Position numbers and translations under genes: made by a program. A model generated the notes under the pieces. That model was not told the origin of the DNA. It did not search any database and saw nothing but the letters and a program-made list of their open reading frames with translations. From positions 8,246,001-8,310,000 of the forward strand of contig NC_043005.1 in NCBI RefSeq assembly GCF_006345805.1: a stretch of 64,000 bases of DNA, given 5' to 3'. Origin of the DNA: Octopus sinensis. Its lineage: Eukaryota. Within the stretch, counting starts at the first letter, position 1. Each line of letters starts with the position of its first letter. Positions 11,428 through 25,486 of the stretch are shown here, one piece after another.

Positions 11428-13400
11428 GACGGGCTTCTTTCAGTTTCCGTCTACCAAATCCACTCACAAGGCTTTGGTCGGCTCGAGGCTATAGTAGAAG
11501 ACACTTGCCCAAGGTGCCACGCAATGGGACTGAACCCGGAACCATGTTGTTCGTAAGCAAGCTATATACCACACAGCAACTTCTACGCCTCTTACTAGTT
11601 TCTAAGGTATTACTGTACATTTTGATTTCTTGGAATGATGCATTACATGCACACTTATTGTTAAAGCTTTCAGCGCATTTTCCTTGTAAAAGTAGAAATT
11701 ATTCAAAAAGGATTTGTCACATAAGATAAATCACCAATTTATTTCTTTTCCTTATCTGGTTTTGTTTAAGTTGGTCAATGTAAATGTAACTATTGGCTAT
11801 TTGATATAGGGGATATAGCTTTGATATGAGAGTAGTTTGTCAGTTTATTGACCATTATTTCATTTTATTTCAATCTTTGTCACTCTATATTTAGTTGTTC
11901 TAACGTTCCCTGAAGTTCAGTTGGATTTCTTCTTACGAAAACTGTTGCCTGTGAATGAGTGCATGAGAAACATATCATCTATATTAATTTCCATTTAATT
12001 TTCCTCTCATTTTGTATTGTTCGATAAAATATTTTGTATGATTGTAGATCTACGCTAAGGCTTTTATGTGTATTGGTTCTGCATCTTGGGTTGTGCTGAC
12101 ATCATTGCTAATATTTCAGCAGAGATTAATGCAATTTTTGTAGGCCACAAAGGCTATGACTGCGTCTTGTTATGTATTGTTAATGCTTTGATTAGTTGCT
12201 CGGAAAACCACTTATTAAATTCTGAACGACATATTCTTGGTTAACAATTTGTGTGTGGCACTTTGAAGCTTTATAGGTCAACGGTTCAGGAGCTCATTTC
12301 TTTACAACTTTTGCAGAGATATATTGAACGAAATCAAATTTTCGATACTTGAGTGATGTGAATGATGAGGCATTAAGGTTCATTATAAATATTTTGGTTA
12401 GTTGTTTAGCTATTGCGGTATTAGGTCTATTTGGAAAAAATTGATTTTTCTTACGGCGGTCCTGATTGGTTTATTCTTAGATTGGAATAGTGTTTGTCTT
12501 TCGCATTGCAGATCTCTTTGGTACCTGCAGTTTACTATTCTGTGATTATTAATAGTGACCTTGTTGACTACTTTAATGTTTGGGGCACTAACGCTTTTGT
12601 TTTGTACGATGTAATTTTGTTTACATTTTTGTAATTTGGACATTTTATTGTTCCTTTTCTTTCAATATAGTTTCTGCTATTTTTAGACAATCATTACGCC
12701 TAGCCGTTTGCCATTTGTTCATCATGATATCACTGCTAAATTCTTTGCGCTTTTTGGACGTTTAGGTCTTTCTTTATGCTGGTATAGCAAGTTTGACGAA
12801 AGACAATTATTTCAGTAGTCTGTCCATAGAGATAGTTTCGATTTTCTTTTTGGATAGTTGCTGATTTTATTGCATGTTTAGATTATTTCAAGGTAAAATT
12901 GGCAACTAAATCACAAATGATGTGGAATTCATTGAAGCTGTTCATATTTTCTTTCACTAAGAGCCCCACCCGTCTAGTTTAGGTTCCTTTTCTTTTTTTA
13001 TATATGTTGTTGAACAGGTGGTGTTGTATTGCTTTTTCGTTGTTTTTCTTAGCGCTTTCTCAATCTTCGATATTCGGTGAGAACTGTGATGTCCATTTTA
13101 TATTCCATATTTCATTCCCTAGATTTGTTGCTCCTTACCATTTTGAGAGCGTGCAAATATTCCAAATGCATATGAGAACAGATGATGTAAAAGATGAACA
13201 AATATTCTGCTCAACACCGCAGATCTGTTTGTCACGTGGTAGACCTAGTGGCTGGCGCATCTCTAATCACGAGCAAGTGTAGTGAAGGAGCACCAAAATC
13301 CTATTTTGAAGGGGAATCATTGGGGTTTGAACAATTCTCCCATGTGTTACATTCACCGTCCTTAAACAGCCCTTACTCAGTAATCTTTTGACAGGGATAG
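10260..13400 (-). mobile_element. Heavily decayed, possibly Penelope-like coding remnants (interrupted by a SINE)
   Basis: Strong strand skew (A-rich on minus); short matches LPPHF and TKIFNFKDI recall the N-terminal region of PLE ORFs. Many stops; assignment tentative. Confidence 0.3.
11166..11589 (-). mobile_element. SINE family A (tRNA-like head, internal (TA)n(TG)n, CR1-like 3' tail)
   Basis: Same modular structure as copies at 36497, 37465, 46153, 54856 and 61699; tail GGCGGTGCTCCAGCATGGCCGCAGTCAAATGATTGAAAC. Confidence 0.9.
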
Positions 13401-13745
13401 TCTACTAGACCTGAAGAAAATTTTCATTACCCTGATATTATTAATTATTGATAATTTTTTCTGGAAAATTTTCGAAGTAAGCACGGGGCACATGCTGGAT
13501 TGACTCGTACTTATATGTTTAATCTAGGCGTACCTGTTGATGAAGACTTCGCCTAACAAATTATTTTATTTGCTAAAAAAAGTGAGAAATCATGGCCCAG
13601 GAGATAGATGGTAAATGTTTTTATTTTTCATTCCTTTGGAAGTTTATCCCTAATAGTGGTTTGGATTTTGGCTGTTCCTTCTAGCGTGCCAGAAATTCTA
13701 TGATGGACACATCTTACATCATACACACACACACACACACACACA

Positions 13746-13776
<31 letters not shown>

Positions 13777-14731
13777 TATATATATGTAGACACATATAAA
13801 TGTGTGTATATATGTATTTAACAGAAAAAGGGAGGGAATCAATGAAAATTATGTTCATTACCTGGCAGAAGTAAAACACGAAATCTAACAGTAAAATACA
13901 GTAAAATAACTTAAATATATCATTCACAAAAATTCATTAAATTATTTTCTGAGCCTCTTGTAATATAGTGATAAATTAAGCACAAATTGAATAATGCAAA
14001 GCAAAAATTACTGGTTGGCGTTATCAAATTTCTACTTTCATTGCTTACAATATGTAAACAAGGAACTGCAATTAGTGTTAGAATACTGACATATCACTAT
14101 TGAAAGTAGTTTAATGTTTATTTAGAAGAAAAATTCTTTACAATATTGGTGAAATCTTCAACATCATTGAGGGAGACAATGTGAAGGAAAGAACTTTTAA
14201 TTAATTTTTCCTTCACCTTCATTCTTTTAAATATTGAAATTTACAATTGATTGAAGGGCAAAATATTCATTTGTTGATTTTATTCTAGATGACATTTTCA
14301 TTGACATTACTAGCACTGACATTTGTAACTGGACTTTTAGATTAACTTGCAGCGTATATATTACAGATATTAAGTCAATTGTACTGTAGAGTTGGATCAA
14401 GTTGGTATTGTGCCAGTTGTGTAACAATATCGAATCACTTTTGAAACCAATGTACTGTTATTTCTTTAAATCACATGAACAGTCATCACTACTTTATTGG
14501 ATATAATGTGCAATCAGCTATGAAATACGATCGATGAATAATTTAATATACATTTATGTTAGGCTCACACATTTACAGCTAAACGCACATATATGTACAA
14601 CGTTGTGTAAATGGGAAATGAGATAAATTTCGATATCATTTACCCTCAAAACATACGAATGAAAACACATTCCTTCTACAGTATTAATGTGCAGCCTTGT
14701 GTTGATAATAATTCCTTTTCGCCTGATCATA

Positions 14732-14789
<58 letters not shown>

Positions 14790-14815
14790 CACACACACAC
14801 AGAGGTATATATATA

Positions 14816-16101
14816 TAGGGTTGAGGAATAATTCATGAGCGTTTTTTTTCAAATTTAAAAGTCCACGCAGAAATAAAATGCATTGGCAACATATCTTGTT
14901 ATCTAAAGGAGAATTTTTTGCTCTAAAAGATAGTGTGTTTTGATATTTTAATTTTATTGCTTTTGGTGTATTTTCAGATCATTCAAATGGAATGTCAAGT
15001 GGACAAAACAGCATTTTCGACACCATTTGATATTTGCATTTAAGTGAGGAGATATTAAGGCCGCCGAACCTGCTCGTGAGGTCTGTGCTGTGTATGGAGA
15101 AGGAGCAATACTTCATAGTACAACCCACCGTTGATTTTCGAGCTTCCAAAATGAGATTTTTCACCTGAGGGACGGATCACACACCGATAACCAACTGAGT
15201 TCGATGAAGAGTGATTGAATCAGCTTCTTCACGAAAATCCCCACCGAATGTCCAGAGAATTGGTGAAACTGATGGATTGTGATAAAAAAAAACTGTGGTA
15301 AACTCTCTTTGGCAAACTATCAATGAGCAAAGTTCAGAAACTCGGCACTTGGGTGGCACACACTGAATGAAAACAACAAAAGTCAACACTTTATAACCGC
15401 CATCAGTTTGCTCGCTCGACATCGCTCACAAAAAACCTTTCATTTACCACATTGTTACAGGCGATGGAAATTTGTGCTTTTACGTCAATATGAAGCAGCG
15501 AAAAAAATGGCTCAGTCCCAACAAACAAGCGACTCCTCGAGCAAAGCAAAACCTTCAAGCCCGCAGGACTATGTTGTGTGTATGTTGGGACTGGGAAACC
15601 ATAATTCATTACGAACTGTTTGAGCGTAACCACCTATTCAATGTGGAGCTCTACGTTCAACAACTGCATCGACTCAAAGAAGCAATTCAGCAAAAAAGAC
15701 TGAATAGATAAAATGGCGTTCTTCTGCATCACGACAACACCCGTCTTCACATCGCCAATATGGCTAAAGCTGCGATTCAGAAACTGGAATCGGAAGCGCT
15801 GCCTCATCCTGCATACATTCCAAACTTGGCGCCGTCACATCTTCAACTTTTTCGACCACTTTCGAACCCTTTCAGCGGTATATTGTTCAATAATGACGTA
15901 GAATTGAGGGCTTGGTTACCCGAATTCTTTGAGTCAAGACCGGGAGATTTCTATTGACGAGGTATCGAAAAAGGTACTGTACAATGGGAGGGAATCGTAA
16001 ACAACATCGGAGAGTATATTATTGATTAATTTGTTGTAGTAATTTTGTTTAAAATAAATTTGAAAACAAAGAAAACAATCATGAATTATTCCTTAACCCT
16101 A
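14816..16101 (+). mobile_element. Full-length mariner transposon (about 1.29 kb), inactive
   Basis: TIRs TAGGGTTGAGGAATAATTCATGA and (rc) TAGGGTTAAGGAATAATTCATGA within TA repeats; transposase remnant 14987-16029 (MECQVDK, VTGDGNLCFYVNMK, CVCWDWE, HDNTRLH, HPAYIPNLAPSHLQLF). Confidence 0.95.
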
Positions 16102-16369
16102 TATATATATATATAATAAAGGTGGCTAGTTGCAATTTAAAAACGGAAAGTAAATAATTCGCCGTCACTAAAAGTGAGCAAGAGTGCAGGGAGCATTTTA
16201 GCATTGCTAGAAGTCAGAGTCATTGACACTTCAGCCACAATAGCACATGTTGTATGTAGTGACAAGGGAGACAACCTTGTCAGTACATAGAACATGTGCC
16301 TTTGTGGGTAAAGAGTCGATGACACTTGTTTCTAGCAATTCTGGTGCTTCATACACATTTGGGCACTTT

Positions 16370-16745
16370 TAGTAACGGTGCATTATCTATACACCCAGAA
16401 CCATGCTAATAGCTTAGGGGTGAAACTTAGGATTCCTCTGTTTTCTGTTAATCGAGTTTGATTAAACTTGTCCCAGCTGGTTTTCACACTATGTCATCTA
16501 GCCAGAGACCGAAAACCACTTACAGGATATTGCAGTAGGCGGCTGTAGTCACTCGAACCTCTTCAGGCACCCTGACTGGGCCAAAATGTCTATCCCTAAT
16601 GATACCAGCCCACAACATGACTTCTCCATCCTGTTGTTGACGTAAACGTTGGTGACGCTTACCTCAAAAATAGACCCAACCATTTTCCCAACAATCGGGT
16701 TCGTCAACGGTCGCCCTGATTTGGTCAGTGAACTGAACACAACTC
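16370..16745 (-). pseudogene. Tc1-like transposase fragment (D1-D2 region)
   Basis: FTDQIRATVDEPDCWENGWV..RLRQQQDGEVMLWAGII..GPVRVPE..DNAP on the minus strand. Confidence 0.8.
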
Positions 16746-16756
16746 GAGTCTAACGT

Positions 16757-16950
16757 CATGGACTTTGTTGCATCATTAAACAAGATGTTTATGCCAATGA
16801 ACGCCAGTTTACGCTGAAAGATGTCTTATGATTGACCTTGAAAGATGCAGCAGAGGCAGTCCAGCCAGCTACTATTAAGAAACTGACAGATTCCGTGACT
16901 AATAAGGTTTTTGAAGTTATCCGTCGAAATTTCCGCTCATTTGGTTAAAT
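16757..16950 (+). pseudogene. Tc1-like transposase C-terminal fragment
   Basis: IIKQDVYANERQFTLKDVL*LTLKDAAEAVQPATIKKLTDSVTNKVFEVIRRN on the plus strand. Confidence 0.75.
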
Positions 16951-17266
16951 AATTCATTAGGTTAATAAATATTATAACATCATTATTGTTTTCTGTTAAA
17001 TATATACTCAATGTATGCTTAATATGCATCATTATCCTTCCTTTTTTTGCAAAAAAGAAAAATGGCTAGATGAGATATTTTCATTCAAAAGCTATTATCG
17101 TCGTTCGACCGAAAACTGGAAAACCTGAAATAAAAAAGAAAGGACGTTACACAAAATAATGAAAACGTAACAACGGTGTTGTAATAGTGTGCAAACCAGC
17201 TGGGAATAGTTTCATCAAAATCGATTCACAGAAAACCAAGAAATCCTAACACACATACACTATACG

Positions 17267-17392
<126 letters not shown>

Positions 17393-17546
17393 GCATACAT
17401 ATATTTACACACACACACACCACACATATATACATATACACATATACATCACACACTCACACATATATATATGTACATAGATATATACACACATACATAT
17501 CCAGATATACATAATAAATATACATGTATGTATATATATATATATA

Positions 17547-17715
17547 GGGAGAGTTTACGAAAAAAACAAAAGACGAAGACAGGTGGTTACAAAACAAACA
17601 AATGTATTAGTATAACGCTCAGGAATAGAAAAAAGTCTTTTACGTTTCGAGCCTACGCTCTTCTACAGAAAGGGGCACAGAAAAAACAAGGAGAGAAACA
17701 AAGAGAGAAAAAATG
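17547..17715 (-). mobile_element. (TA)n-embedded cassette with hammerhead-like motif at 17637-17672
   Basis: Minus strand CTTT-CTGTAGAA-GAGC-GTAG-GCTC-GAAAC-GTA-AAAG; homologous to 5509-5635. Confidence 0.65.
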
Positions 17716-18147
17716 TGTGTAGTGGCTAACGATCTATATGTATACATACACTTATCAATATCCCTCAAGACACACACAAACATACACACATACACACACA
17801 TTTCTCTGCATATGTATGCACACACACCTACATAACTGTACTAACCTACTCATATGTACATGTAAGTGCATGTATGCATACATACCCATACATACATATA
17901 TAAACACACACGCGCACATATGTATATTTACAACCATACACACATATATATATATACAAATATGCACACAGCTTTATACACTCGTACGCATATATACACA
18001 CATACATACACAAGAGGTTGTACCCCCATACAAGCATATATTCCTATATACATATAATTTTATACATACACACCTGCATGCACATACAGAGATACATACA
18101 CGCACCTATACACACATACCCACAATATATACATATACATACATACA

Positions 18148-18219
<72 letters not shown>

Positions 18220-18299
18220 CTATATACATAAAAAAGTGTACATTATTTATAGTTCTCATTATTCAGGCACTGTTTGTTTGGTGTCTTTCTATAGATTGT

Positions 18300-18830
18300 T
18301 AGAATGGTAGTGGTTTGGGCATTATTTTTTGTTTAGTTTCGGTTGGTATTTATTGAGGTATGTAAATTATTTAAAAGTGGGTGAAAGATTCCTACGTCTT
18401 CTTGGTTTTTGGTCCAGAATATAGAGCAGTCATCCAAATATTGTTTGCAAATTTTTTTTTATATATATACGTATATAAATGCAGAATTGTACGTTAAATG
18501 TTTCCGTTAGTTCGGTATAAAATTTGAGCTCCAAGAAGCTCATTACGAGGGATGCATGAGTGGAGGCTAATTTTGTCTTCATTGCCATTCCACTTACTTG
18601 TAAGTAGAAGTTGTTCAAGAAGTGATTACTTCCCAATATTAATTTTAGCCCTTCGAAAACGATGGTGGTTGAGAATCATTTCTGTTAACCAGAAATTTAT
18701 CGCTTCAATTCCGACGTCGTGTGGGATGTGGGTGCGTGGACTAGTTACATCGAAAGTACAAAGAATTGTCTCCTGGTGGACACTATTAGATATGAAGTTT
18801 AAGAAGTCCATCTCGTCCTGGACGAAGCTT
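18300..18830 (-). pseudogene. Penelope-like element reverse transcriptase fragment
   Basis: SFVQDEMDFLNFI..TILCTFDVTSPRTHIPHDVGIEAINFWL and NNFYLQVSGMAMKTKLASTHASLVMSFLE match PLE RT motifs (TFDVxSLYTxIPH; FYxQxxGxAMG). Confidence 0.8.
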
Positions 18831-19046
18831 TTACTATTACTATATGTTATATGTTTTAATAATTACTGATATAATTATATTTTATATATTATATGTAAAG
18901 CATAATATGTTATACATGTATTTATATTGTTATAATTGTCATTTTAATAAATAAATAAATATATTGAAATAATATAATGTCTAAAAGTTGATGAATTCCA
19001 CCATTTATCCCCCACATTTTCTTATTGCTGTATACATACATAAATA

Positions 19047-19100
<54 letters not shown>

Positions 19101-19110
19101 ATATAGATAT

Positions 19111-19163
<53 letters not shown>

Positions 19164-19254
19164 ATATACATATCTACATACACATATATTCGTATACATA
19201 ATTCATATATATATATATATATATATACTTACGTACATATAATTTATATACATA

Positions 19255-20117
19255 CTAGCATTAAAGACCCGTCGTTGCCGGGTCATAGTGCTAGTGCATG
19301 TATATATGTGTATATATATGTGTACATATTACATGTACATCTATATATATACATCTACACATAAAATGCAAAATACAAAGTTATATCTTGATATCGCTAG
19401 TGATAACAATTATCAAAATATATAACAGACTGGAATTGTTAGCGCTTCTTTTTTCTCTACATTGTATACTTTATAGACAATAGTCTTTTCTTTAATTAAT
19501 TTTTTTATTATCCATCTGGACTATTCCATTTCTGCACGCTAATTATATTTTTAATTTATTCCGATTCATGTGAAACCACTTATTCAAGTTCAAATCATTG
19601 ATGCAATTTTATACCAATTGCTATTTTTAATTTTGTATGTTACGATTATATTATAATTTAGTTTGATTTTAATTATAACTTACTACATATAATTCAATTG
19701 TTATTATTATTTTTATTGTTAAAGTGAAAGCATCTGACATAGAATAGAGAAATATTTTTGTTTCACTTTTAACACGTAATACTGAAATAGAGAAGATATG
19801 ATATTGCTATGGGCTCGCTCTAGGCACGAGGTTGAACATTTATTTTTGCCCATGAAACTACATGGACCGTAAGTAAGGCATGTGCAAAATTTGAATGAAA
19901 TTGGTTGTGTAGTTCTCAAGTTTTAGGGAATCGTAGTGGAGAAAATATGTTATTGCTGTTGGCTCGCCCTAGGCAAAAAGTTAATATTTGCTGATGACAC
20001 TCCTCAGACCCTAAGTAAGGCATGTGTAAAATCTGAATGAAATTGGTTGTGTAGTTCTAAAGTTTTAGGGAAACACACAGACAGACAGACACATTCTCAG
20101 TTTTATATATATAAAGA
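19255..20117 (-). mobile_element. Non-autonomous Helitron (863 bp)
   Basis: Minus strand A|TCTTTATATATA...GACCCG-GCAACGA-CGGGTC hairpin...CTAG|T: 5' TC, 3' hairpin plus CTAG, A/T target; internal tandem duplication at about 19790-20070. Confidence 0.85.
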
Positions 20118-20638
20118 TATATGAATATATATATGCGTAGATATACCTATGCACACACACACAAACACACACATATACATACATACATACATACATATAT
20201 ATATAGTTGAATATACACACATGCATATATACACATACATATATATACATATATACATATATATATATAATATAAATAATATATAAATATTTGCATATAA
20301 ACATACATATATGTACGTACCTACATATATATGTATATATACATGCATATATGGGTACAGGACATAAAAACGTTTTACGAGAGTATTGTGGTTCGCTTGA
20401 AGCATTGTGTATTGTTTGTAAAGAATAAATAGTTTTGAATCGTACAACAACGTACTATAATACAAACAATTGGCTATATACCTGTTGTAATTTAGTCATC
20501 CATAATCTGATAAGCTATTCCGGGAAAAAAATCTTTCTTCAAATATTCTTAGATGATGTATATACATATATATATATAAATATATATATATACATACATA
20601 TATATATACATATACATAAATATAGGCACACACAAATT

Positions 20639-20708
<70 letters not shown>

Positions 20709-20746
20709 TTTATGAAAGAATGGAGTTGAACGACTTGTTAACAAAT

Positions 20747-20845
20747 TTCCTTTATTTTCGACATATGTTTCGAAGGCTGCATATTCCTAATTCCGAAGAA
20801 ATAAGGAGTACATTATGCAGATTTATCATCAGGAAAGGCAAGGAA
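20747..20845 (-). ncRNA. Type I hammerhead ribozyme-like motif with extended stem II (degenerate base)
   Basis: TTCCTTGCCTTTC-CTGATGA-(TAAAT CTGCATA..TATGCAG CCTTC)-GAAA-CA TA TG-TC-GAAAATAAAGGAA; stem I 4+6 bp, GUC site; the 10.1-11.1 pair is mismatched. Confidence 0.6.
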
Positions 20846-20919
20846 CTTATGTCGACATCAAAACGCACAAAAAACTTTTAGCTGACTGCTCTCAAGGAGC
20901 CCATCAAAAGGCAAATCGT

Positions 20920-21140
20920 GGACCAAGACAGACTCGTCTCAAATGCCAGCAGTGAGCGTCGATGACTGTTCGGATCCCTATCATTCGAGACCGATTCCTT
21001 ACTCTGAGGTCTATGTATGCCCCTACCCTCATATCTGAAGACGACATAAAGGCTTCGTTTTAAACCTGTTGGACCATACTATCCAGCGAGTCCCCGCGTC
21101 GTGTTGGGGTACTTTAACGGCAGTCCATTGTCTGTGACCA
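20920..21140 (+). pseudogene. Decayed L1/Tx1 APE endonuclease fragment
   Basis: DQDRLV, LRSMYAP and RVVLGYFN resemble DPEGRLV, RLVSVYAP and LLVGDWN of the element at 41941. Confidence 0.45.
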
Positions 21141-21185
21141 TTGTCTGTGGAATGGCATTCTAGGCCATCACGGCATTTGGAAAGG

Positions 21186-21228
<43 letters not shown>

Positions 21229-21447
21229 CAGTGTACATTTAAACACATAAGAGATGACCATAATAGGACATCTGACTCACTAGAAAGAGCAGTTCAGTTA
21301 AACTCCAAACCACTAATAGTTGTAATTCTGAAAGGGAATGAGAAATAAAAACTTTTACCCTATTTCTCCTGGACTATGCATAGTTTCGGCAATCTTTCGT
21401 AAATAAAATAAAATGATTTTAATTTACAATTGGAGTTGCCAATACAT

Positions 21448-21493
<46 letters not shown>

Positions 21494-22204
21494 CATACAG
21501 ATGTATATATGCCTGTGTGTGTTAATACCAAGCAACTCTCGACAATGGTGTTGATTTTTTTGTTATATCCACGTAACTTTTTACGTCTGGCAAAAAGAGA
21601 CCGATAGAGTAAGCAATATTTTTACTGGAATCGATTCCTCTGAGCTAAATCCTTGAAGATGGTGCTCCAGTTGGACCACAGGCCAATGACTGAAACATGT
21701 AAGAAGATAAAAAGGCAAAATGGTGTATACACACACATGTGCACATATATATTGATTGATACATGCATATAATTAATGAATAAATAAAAAAGAAACATGA
21801 TGTGCATATGCCAATTAATTGATAGAATAAATTTTCCAAAAATAAGAGAAGGAAACGATAGTTTATTAAATCAGCACAATGTAAATTAATAGAAAACTAC
21901 AGAATATGAAAACGCGTAGGAAAACAAGAAGCTGCAATAAAATATTCAATCAGAAATACAGGGAGAGAAAATGTAGACTGACTGAGATATTTGCTAATGG
22001 CCTAATGTTGGCGTAGAACAATGCTGACGGGCTTGATGCAACTTAATTCCGATTCCATAAATGGTGCGAACGCTTTATAAAGCGGACATTGTCGTTGTAA
22101 TATCTTAGGAAACTGTGTCGAGTATTTTAACGAGTTCATACTATTCGCATAATGTCTGCCATGCACATTGCTTATATTATTCAAATTATCTAGAAGTGAT
22201 AGCG

Positions 22205-23042
22205 TGGGGTGTTTGGGCTAAATTTGAAGAATTTCTATGATTCTTTCTTTCTTTTTTTTTTCAGGAACAAAATGGATGTGTTTGTGAACAGTGAATGGTG
22301 CTGGAGAGCATTAAGAATAAAGTTGTAGTTGAGAAAACGCTTGTTGACATGGCGGACTGTGAACAGTACAAATGCTGGACAGCTGACATTGACAGCTGGC
22401 ATGGACAACTGCAACGGAGTCAATTAAGCCATGGCCTGCAGCAAGAGACACAGCAAGTGTCCTAATTGCGTCCACAAGCCAATATTCATCGCCGCATATC
22501 TGAACAGGGCCTTAGGCTGAATTCAGAGGTCTATGTGTAGCTGTTGCAGATGTGATCAATCCCTGGATAGAAAGGGTTGCTGTTGCAAGGCCATATGTGT
22601 GGCAGCACGGTGGGGCTACATGCCCCACTTCCAGAAAGAAACAGAAGTGGTCATCGGCGGATTTCCACGACTTCATCAACCCCAATTCCTGGCATCATAA
22701 ATGCCCCCGATTCTAATCCCACAGATGACCATTTGTAAGGCGCGGTTGAGAAAGACACCCACCGCTCTTCTTGCAACACTGAGGCCTTGCTGGTGACCAA
22801 AATGAAGTTGGTACTCGATGATCTTCCCTGGAATGCATTGAGGAGATCATGTGCTATATTCCAGAGTTGCGCTGAGGCCGTGGTGGGACTCAGGGTGCCT
22901 ACTTTGAATGAACTGTCCCAGGCATAATGTAGATATTTTTTGGAAATAAAAAAAAAAAAATATATTTTTGGACGGGATATGTTGCTTTCTTTTACATTTA
23001 TTCAAATATTCTGACTGCCAAATTCAGCTCTAACGTCCTGTA
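22205..23042 (+). mobile_element. Decayed maT-like (DD37D) Tc1/mariner element
   Basis: GLRLNSEVYV, PWIERVAVARPYVWQ, FHDFINPNSW, ..GAYFE at 22490-22910; degenerate TIRs match at about 15/21. Confidence 0.7.
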
Positions 23043-23062
23043 ATTGACATATTTTTTCACAA

Positions 23063-23525
<463 letters not shown>

Positions 23526-23574
23526 TGGTTTCTGGCTTTGCTTTATGCCCTTGCCTGTTGGGGTAGGGATCATT

Positions 23575-23936
23575 CCAAGTTAGTGGTCTCATCATGCGTA
23601 GAACCGACTAGGTTCATTAGTACTCTCTATAAATTGTTATATCCAGCCACCCATTCTGCATCCCAAGGTGACGTGGACCCACTGGACATCTACAATCAGG
23701 TCCAACCATCTGCTGCGTGGAACAGAACACACCATGACAAGATGATCTAGGCGGGGACAGATGATATGTCCGAAGTAGCGCATGCGACGGATAGCTCTGA
23801 GGTGAGATGCTGTGGACAGAGGCTTTCGCGTACACAGTACTTTGCTGGAAGATATAGCAGTGGCGTCAGAGGGGATGATCCCAGCGGCCAGACCACATCT
23901 GCATTTGAACTCCGGGGTGAGGTCCCTATTAAGGTG

Positions 23937-23940
<4 letters not shown>
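23575..23940 (-). pseudogene. RTE-clade ORF 3' fragment
   Basis: VLCTRKPLS..IRRMRYFGHII..PRSRWLDLI on the minus strand. Confidence 0.65.
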
Positions 23941-23977
<37 letters not shown>

Positions 23978-23994
23978 TATATATATGCGTGTAT

Positions 23995-24207
23995 GTGTTT
24001 GTGTGTCTGGTGTTTGTCCCTTAGCATTGCTTGACACCAATGCTGGTGTGTTTATGTCTCCGTTACTTAGCGGTTCGGCAAAAGGGACCGATAGAATAAG
24101 TACTGGGCTTACAAAAGAATAAGTCCCGGGGTCCAGTTGCTCGATTAAAGGCGTGCTCCAGCATGGCCGCAGTCAGATGACTGAAACAAGTAAAAGAGTA
24201 AAAGAGT
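23995..24207 (+). mobile_element. SINE family A, 3' half
   Basis: Body and tail match family A; head absent. Confidence 0.85.
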
Positions 24208-24213
24208 ATATAT

Positions 24214-24260
<47 letters not shown>

Positions 24261-25486
24261 TGTGTGTGTGGTGTGTTGTTATTTATTGATATGTTCTATA
24301 TACATTATATTTATTTTATGGAATGAATGTATGTTCGTCATTTAATTTTTCTCCTTAGGTTTCTAATTTACCTTCTAAGTAAAAAAAAATCGTATCGGTA
24401 TGAAAGCTTGTATTTAAATAATCAGTATATGTGTTAACTTATTTAACAAAGTTCTGGAAATTCATTCATATTTATGAAATGGAGGTAATTGGATGTTAAA
24501 ATGGATTATAGCTTTTATTGTTCATATTGCTATACAATTATTTCATACAAATGGACACAGATATTCATAAATAGAACATCGTAATAGTCATACTTGTACT
24601 TGACAGAAGGTATTATATTTAAAGAAAAAAAGCAAGAAAAAGAGGTTAAAAGTGCACAAGTTTTTCTTAGTTATCATTTTATCGGATTTATATATTCGTT
24701 ATTCCAGTCACGCTTATTTGAATCCAGACTAAAAAAAAATATAGGACGTGGGTGCTAATGTATGTAATATTTAATTTGATTTCCTCTATGAAATCTATTA
24801 TATATCTGTATTTAAACCTCCTTCAAAAAATATTTTCTGGTCAAGCTGTATTTGCATGTAACGTTAGGAATTACCAAATAAGGAGGTGTATGTTATTTAT
24901 TTCAAATTCATATTTAATTTTTCTTAACCATCAACTTTCCATTCGACTTAAGAGGTTCAGTAGATTTGTAGTTGGTACTAGTATGTGGGAATAATTGATG
25001 GTTTATAAAATATTTTATTTTCGTATTTTTTCTTAAATAATAGGTCAATAATTCATAGACAAAAATAGGTGTTATGGGTGGTAATTAATTATCTAACCAC
25101 AGCTAGATCTATTTATAAGAACTTTTCGAAATATATACTATGTAAGTAAAGAGGCATACAAGGGAAATACTTACATGATAATCATACATATAATAAATGT
25201 ATAATAAGATATTGAGCTATTTTTACATAAGAACATTTTTTGTTGATGTATGAAGAATGAATTGTTTTTATTATTATAGTTGTGTGAATTTTCATAAACA
25301 GGAGATCAAAACAAATTTCATATGGTGTGAAATTATTATTAAGGCAAAGGACACAACTATTGGTAAACGTGGATATTCTCAAATAATATAATCATTTTAC
25401 ACAAACGTACATAGATTTACATAAAAATACATAAATTGACGTACATACTGATATACAAATAGTTACACGTATATTTATGTGTATAT

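Noticed and set aside
13410-13480. CTGAAGA followed by an inverted GAAAATTTTC pair
   Set aside because: GAAG instead of GAAA, and no stem I or III.
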